Assembly (NCBI GenBank): GCA_948675525.1
Contig: CAPOUS010000038.1
Span: forward strand, 1-21,699
From: an uncultured Lachnospiraceae bacterium
GTDB taxonomy: Bacteria > Bacillota > Clostridia > Lachnospirales > Lachnospiraceae
Length of the DNA: 21,699 bases
Reading direction: 5' to 3'
Of this stretch, positions 17,095 through 21,699 are shown one piece after another. The notes below the pieces were generated by a model. It had not been told where the DNA came from. It was given only the letters and a program-made list of their open reading frames with translations, and did no database searches. Numbering within the stretch: position 1 is the stretch's first letter; every line of letters begins with the position of its first letter. Position numbers and translations under genes: made by a program.

Positions 17095-17808
17095 TTAACT
17101 GTTCTTGTTGATAATTCTGGATTCATAAGCCCCTGACGCTAAGTCAATATAACGCGCAAATAAAGAGACTTTATTCTGGGCATTCAAATTCTCCCAAATT
17201 TTGCCTGCAAACGTGTCGATGTCTCCTTCTATCGCCACCCGCTTCGGCTCTCCCTCAAAAGATGGCAGAGGGTTGCCGTCCTGTTGGTAGGTATGGATAA
17301 AATGCCCTTCCCCATTCAGCGGATTCTCATACGCAAACGTATAACGGCAGCAAGAAGCCGGATTGCCGTCACTGCTTTTTAAAATAGACATCGCATAGTT
17401 ATATCCGCCGTTCTCAATATGCAAAATACCGGAAATCCTTGGCGTGAAATTTGGCGCATCCGGTTCAAATTCACGGCTTCTAAGCGCCTGTTCAAATGTC
17501 TGCTGCCTGTCCATCCCTTCGTAAATCGTATCCGTCTGGTCTCCGTTCGTGACAATCGTCTTGTTTCCAAGCACACGGACCGGAGCATAAATAATCAGGC
17601 TTGGATCGCTTAATTTCGCCGGATCAAAAGCCTGTGTGCGTATGCCCTCCCCATCTTCTACAAAGATACGGTTCCGGCTGTTTTCACTTCTCCCCATAAT
17701 AAAATATGCCATTACGGCAAACAAGCCGTCTTTGCTCTTTCCAATTATAATTCCCCTGCCCGGATAAGGATTGTTTGAAAGCTGTCCTTCTAATGATTGT
17801 AATTCCAT
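17095..17808 (-). CDS. purO: IMP cyclohydrolase, archaeal PurO-type
   Basis: 237 aa. The N-terminus NPYPGRGIIIGKSKDGLFAVMAYFIMGRSENSRNRIF parallels the archaeal PurO N-terminus (GR..AVGR..G...AYRVSSRSFPNR). Its size and its adjacency to an AICARFT-only purH fit a split PurH arrangement. Confidence 0.75.
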   Translation of the reverse strand: MELQSLEGQLSNNPYPGRGIIIGKSKDGLFAVMAYFIMGRSENSRNRIFVEDGEGIRTQAFDPAKLSDPSLIIYAPVRVLGNKTIVTNGDQTDTIYEGMDRQQTFEQALRSREFEPDAPNFTPRISGILHIENGGYNYAMSILKSSDGNPASCCRYTFAYENPLNGEGHFIHTYQQDGNPLPSFEGEPKRVAIEGDIDTFAGKIWENLNAQNKVSLFARYIDLASGAYESRIINKNS

Positions 17809-17820
17809 AAGTTCCTCCTG

Positions 17821-18090
17821 TCAATCTTCTGTTTTCTTTTCCTCAACGGCTTTTGCATCTTCTCTCGCCTGTATATCCTGTTTCCTGACTTTATTCATCA
17901 TATAAAAGCCAAACGCAATCATGCCTATCCCAATCACCAAAAACCCAATGATTGCGGCTATGACTGCCAGATATTCCCCTCCAGAGCTTTCCTCCTTATT
18001 CCGGAACATCTGGTAGGCAAGATATAAAAGATAAATGCCGCCCATTTCATAAATTGCGCTGCGCAAATTTGTCTTTACCCTTTCATTCAT
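17821..18090 (-). CDS. Small 2-TM membrane protein (about 89 aa), hypothetical
   Basis: Start placed at ATG 18088-18090 (MNERVK...), which has the RBS GAGG plus a 6-nt spacer. The ORF-track start at 18123 lies inside the stem of a 10-bp palindrome. Two hydrophobic helices (GGIYLLYLAYQMF and LAVIAAIIGFLVIGIGMIAFGFYMM). Charged C-terminal tail. Confidence 0.5.
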   Translation of the reverse strand: MNERVKTNLRSAIYEMGGIYLLYLAYQMFRNKEESSGGEYLAVIAAIIGFLVIGIGMIAFGFYMMNKVRKQDIQAREDAKAVEEKKTED

Positions 18091-18117
18091 AAAAAACCTC
18101 ATTTCTAAGAATGGAAT

Positions 18118-18147
18118 TGCCATGGAACCGGAACGATTCCATGGCAG
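18118..18147. promoter_or_regulatory. Perfect 10-bp palindrome TGCCATGGAA-N10-TTCCATGGCA between mglC and the downstream small gene
   Basis: Arms at 18118-18127 and 18138-18147. It lies 15 nt downstream of the mglC stop and 28 nt upstream of the small protein's ATG. The minus-strand RNA has no U-tract after it. Confidence 0.4.
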
Positions 18148-18161
18148 CCCCCAAACTATAT

Positions 18162-19232
18162 TTATTTACGAACCAAATATTTTCTCATATCAATCGCGCA
18201 CGCTACAAGGATAATCACGCCCTTGATGACATACTGCCAGTTCTGGCTGATAGATAAGAAAATCAATGCGCCGAAGATAATACGAAGCACGAATACGCCT
18301 AATACAACGCCGCTGATTTTACCGGTACCGCCTACGAAAGACACGCCGCCGATAACGCAGGCTGCAATCGCATCACACTCGTAGTTCTGTCCGGTCGTCG
18401 CTGAGTTAGAGCCAACGCGGGCAGCTTCGATAAATCCGGTAATTCCATACATTGCCCCAGCAAGCGTATGCACTAAAATTGTCGTTCTGGCAACGTTTAC
18501 GCCGGATACATTTGCGGCTTCCGGATTCGATCCTACGGCAAACATATTTTTGCCGAAAGAAGTCTTATTCCAGACATACCACATAATAATGACAACAAGA
18601 ACTGCAAACCATACATAATTCGGAATAGGCGTCCCTCCGATTCCAATAATGCTTCCTGTTACGAAATCTTTAAAAGACTGATCCAAACCGGAAAGCGGCT
18701 GGCCATTGTTGCCGTTAATCATAATATACATCAACAGGATACCATATACAATAAGCTGTGTCGCCAATGTTACGATAAATGGATGCAGTCCAAACTTTGC
18801 AACGAAGAAACCATTTACCCAGCCGACAACGCCGCCGACTGCAAGCACAATTAAGATAACTACCGGAATTGGAAGCGGCTTCATATCGCCAAACATTCTA
18901 GTTGCATAATCCATCGACTGAAGCAGCGATGCAGAGATACATGCGGTCAGACCAACGACACGCCCTGCCGAAAGGTCGGTTCCCGTTAATACGATACATC
19001 CTGCAATTCCGCAGGAAATCGGTATGTATGCCGCAACAAGCGAAACAATGTTAATAATTGAGCTGACACCCAAAAATTTTGGATTTTGTATTGTCGTATA
19101 AATTACTACAAGAATTAGAAGGATATACATCGCGTTGTTCATCAACGATTCCTTCCAAAATGTCTTTTTATCTCTGCTATCCAGCTCCTGATAAGCTGCA
19201 TATTTGTTTTTCATATTGTCAATAGCTTTCAT
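18162..19232 (-). CDS. mglC: Galactose/methyl-galactoside ABC transporter permease MglC
   Basis: 356 aa. Close similarity to E. coli MglC throughout, for example GTDLSAGRVVGL, FGKNMFAVGSNPEAANVSGVNV and the C-terminus QNWQYVIKGVIILVACAIDMRKYLVRK. RBS AAGGAGG precedes the ATG. Confidence 0.93.
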   Translation of the reverse strand: MKAIDNMKNKYAAYQELDSRDKKTFWKESLMNNAMYILLILVVIYTTIQNPKFLGVSSIINIVSLVAAYIPISCGIAGCIVLTGTDLSAGRVVGLTACISASLLQSMDYATRMFGDMKPLPIPVVILIVLAVGGVVGWVNGFFVAKFGLHPFIVTLATQLIVYGILLMYIMINGNNGQPLSGLDQSFKDFVTGSIIGIGGTPIPNYVWFAVLVVIIMWYVWNKTSFGKNMFAVGSNPEAANVSGVNVARTTILVHTLAGAMYGITGFIEAARVGSNSATTGQNYECDAIAACVIGGVSFVGGTGKISGVVLGVFVLRIIFGALIFLSISQNWQYVIKGVIILVACAIDMRKYLVRK

Positions 19233-19247
19233 TTTGCTCTGCCTCCT

Positions 19248-20741
19248 TTATACATATTTTGCAGCGTAAGTCATAATTTCTTCCTGCGTGGTATTCTTTG
19301 CGTCTACCTCTCCGGCAAGCCGTCCGCCGGACATTACAAGGATACGGTCACAAATTCCAAGAAGCTCCGGCATCTCGGAAGACACTACAAGGACAATTTT
19401 ACCTTTATTTGCCAAATCAAGGATCAACTGGTAAATCTCATATTTCGCCCCAACGTCAATTCCTCTGGTCGGTTCATCTAAAAGAAGCACTTCCGGCTCC
19501 GTCAAAAGCCACCGGCCAAGGATAACCTTCTGTTGGTTTCCACCGGAAAGAGAACGGATCTGCGTCTCCTGAGTCGGCGTCTTGGTGCGCATGGCGTCAA
19601 TAGACCATTGCGTGTCGTCCCGCATCGTCTTACCGTTTAGGAAAAGCGCATTGTGTTTCTTTAAGCTGGAAATTACCGTGTTTTCCCGAATATTTAAAAT
19701 GCCAAAAATACCTGTCGCCCGGCGTTCCTCCGTCAGCATGGCAAACCCGTTCGCAATGGATTCTCTCGCATTGCGGTTTTTTACCTCTTTGCCGTGAAGC
19801 TTAATTACGCCGTCCCTGCGCGTCGCAATGCCGAAAATATTCTCTAAACATTCGGTCCGCCCGCTTCCGTCGAGCCCGGCAAACCCTATAATTTCACCTT
19901 GGCGCGCTTTAAAAGACACGTCTTTCAACAGAGAATACTGCGCAGTAAGCCCTTCCACTTCTAACGCCACATCCCCCGGTTTATTTGTCTTTGGCGGGAA
20001 CTGGTTGCCCAGTTCACGTCCTACCATCAAACGGATAATCTCATCCATCGTCAGCTCTTTTGCCGGTTTTGTAGCGACATACTGACCGTCGCGCATGATG
20101 GTAACGTCATCAGATATACGCAGGATTTCAGCCATTTTATGTGATATATAAATAATCCCACAGCCCTGATCACGCAGCATATTTATAATTTTGAATAAGT
20201 GTTCCACTTCCTCTTCGGTCAAGGAGGAAGTAGGCTCATCAAATACAATTATTTTCGAATTAAAGGAAACTGCTTTTGCAATTTCTACCATCTGTCTTTG
20301 GGACACTGGCATAGTGCTCATGATCCTTCTCGGATCTACTGTAATCTCTAGTTTCTTAAAAAGCCCCATTGTATCATCATACATTTTCTTTTCATTGATC
20401 ATAACGCCGCCGATTTTGGGGTAGCGCCCAAGCCAGAGATTATCCTGAACGCTTCGTTTTAATGCCTGATTTAATTCCTGATGTACCATGGCAACGCCAT
20501 TTTCCAATGCCTGTTTTGAATTAGCGAAGTTTACTTCCTTCCCCTCAAGGAAAATCTGTCCGGCATCTTTGTTGTACATACCAAACAGACACTTCATAAG
20601 CGTAGACTTTCCGGCTCCGTTTTCACCCATCAACGCATGGACAGTCCCTCTCCTGACAGTCAGGGAAACATTATCCAACGCTTTTACGCCCGGAAACTCT
20701 TTACATATACCTGTCATCTGTAATAGAACATCATGTTCCAT
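19248..20741 (-). CDS. mglA: Galactose/methyl-galactoside ABC transporter ATP-binding protein MglA (two fused ABC domains)
   Basis: 497 aa. Near-colinear match to E. coli MglA, for example [47 protein letters not shown], and a second Walker/LSGG set (LSGGNQQKV). RBS GGAGGG precedes the ATG. Confidence 0.95.
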   Translation of the reverse strand: MEHDVLLQMTGICKEFPGVKALDNVSLTVRRGTVHALMGENGAGKSTLMKCLFGMYNKDAGQIFLEGKEVNFANSKQALENGVAMVHQELNQALKRSVQDNLWLGRYPKIGGVMINEKKMYDDTMGLFKKLEITVDPRRIMSTMPVSQRQMVEIAKAVSFNSKIIVFDEPTSSLTEEEVEHLFKIINMLRDQGCGIIYISHKMAEILRISDDVTIMRDGQYVATKPAKELTMDEIIRLMVGRELGNQFPPKTNKPGDVALEVEGLTAQYSLLKDVSFKARQGEIIGFAGLDGSGRTECLENIFGIATRRDGVIKLHGKEVKNRNARESIANGFAMLTEERRATGIFGILNIRENTVISSLKKHNALFLNGKTMRDDTQWSIDAMRTKTPTQETQIRSLSGGNQQKVILGRWLLTEPEVLLLDEPTRGIDVGAKYEIYQLILDLANKGKIVLVVSSEMPELLGICDRILVMSGGRLAGEVDAKNTTQEEIMTYAAKYV

Positions 20742-20794
20742 AATCTGCCCTCCAATCTCTTGTTATGCCTTATCTACCATTCGTATAGCATAAA

Positions 20795-20822
20795 AGAGGC
20801 CGCCACCCTTGGACGGCCATCT
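20795..20822 (-). terminator. Intergenic mglB-mglA hairpin, a probable partial terminator/attenuator that sets binding-protein to transporter stoichiometry
   Basis: AGAGGCCG (20795-20802) pairs with CGGCCATCT (20814-20822): 8 bp with a 1-nt bulge and an 11-nt loop. On the minus-strand RNA it is followed by UUUUAUGC. It lies in the 115-bp gap between mglB and mglA. Confidence 0.45.
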
Positions 20823-20856
20823 TTTATGATCCTAATTCAATTTTATATTTCTGTGA

Positions 20857-21699
20857 TTATTCTCCTGTATATGGCTGATATGGAATGAAAATCTTGTTGG
20901 AAACATTTTCTGAAATATTATAGGAATCTGTTCCATCCATAACGTCTTTGCCAGTTGCGCAGTTCTCTGTCAAGAAAGCGATACAGTCTGCCATACCTTC
21001 TGCATCCTGCTTAATGGTTCCTACCATCTTGCCGTCTTTAATTAACTGTTTTGCTGCATCCGTTGCATCTACGCCGAATACCGGGATTGTCTTGGAGTTT
21101 CCGTCTCCTAAGTTATATCCCTTATCGTTTAATGCGGAGATTACGCCTTCTGCCATACCGTCATTGTTGCAGATTACAAGCTCAATCATGTTATTGCTGT
21201 TTTCATTAAACTGGGAAAGGTTTGTATTCATATAGTTGTTTGCGGCAGTTGCGCTCCAGTTACCATCTTGGTCTACCTGATATTTGTCAGGATTGGAAGA
21301 ATCGAAAAATTCCAATTCCGGTTTTCCAGCTTCCGTGATGACTTTGTTCGCATCTTCTACGCCATACTGTGTACGCGCGATTGCTTCCACATTGCCCAAC
21401 TGACCCATGAACATTGCATAAGAGATTTTTCCATCGCCGTTTAAGTCAATGGATTCAAAATTATCCACTACATATTCGCCAACCATCTGGCCCTGCATAT
21501 GGCCTGCTTCCGGAGCGTCCGTTCCTACGAATGCGCACTTGTCATAGCTGCCAAGAACTTTTCCTTCATCATTCTCGCCTTCCACTGCGCGGTTAAAGAA
21601 GATAACCGGAACGCCTGCTGCATTTGCTTTGTCTACAATCTGCTGGGATGCGTCTACAGAACCGGAAGTTACGATATTTACGATTAACAGGTTTGCGCC
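20857..21699 (-). CDS. mglB: Galactose/glucose-binding periplasmic protein MglB; 3' part only, as the 5' end lies beyond the window
   Basis: The frame is open to the window edge. The translation matches the MglB C-terminal half ([30 protein letters not shown]..., ...[11 protein letters not shown] versus E. coli [29 protein letters not shown]...VVRVPYVGVDKDNL). The ORF-track start M at 21585 is internal. Confidence 0.9.
   Translation of the reverse strand, partial: [280 protein letters not shown]

Noticed and set aside
1-21699. CRISPR arrays, tRNA and rRNA genes
   Set aside because: I found no regularly spaced direct repeats and no tRNA- or rRNA-like conserved sequence on either strand.

Overview
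This looks like a Firmicutes (Clostridia-like) chromosomal segment made mostly of housekeeping genes, with one intact insertion sequence at the left edge. I found no CRISPR array, rRNA or tRNA.

Gene order, left to right (strand in brackets):
- IS1182-family insertion sequence, about 3..1670, with an intact 490-aa DDE transposase (+), imperfect 17-bp terminal inverted repeats and a subterminal hairpin at each end.
- htrA/degP-type serine protease with one PDZ domain (-).
- addA and addB, the two subunits of the AddAB helicase-nuclease (-), with their own sigma-70-like promoter.
- A cell-envelope glycosylation-like operon (-): small 2-TM protein, then a GT-C (PMT/ArnT-like) membrane glycosyltransferase whose reading frame is broken, then a small soluble protein. 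It is driven by a near-consensus promoter preceded by a strong intrinsic terminator.
- ackA followed 13 bp later by an AIM24/TIGR00266-family gene (-).
- tmcAL/ylbM (+).
- A purine module (-): small 2-TM protein, archaeal-type IMP cyclohydrolase (PurO-like), then an AICARFT-only PurH.
- mglB (5' part outside the window), mglA, mglC galactose/glucose ABC transporter (-), with a hairpin between mglB and mglA.

The most unusual locus is the disrupted GT-C glycosyltransferase operon at 10200..12493. It has two in-frame TGA codons 96 nt apart that are bridged by an open alternative frame. That pattern fits either compensating +/-1 indels at homopolymers or assembly error.

Other points of interest are the PurO/AICARFT-only split of purH, the ackA-AIM24 linkage, and several structured non-coding elements. 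Nothing here stands out as a complete previously undescribed system.
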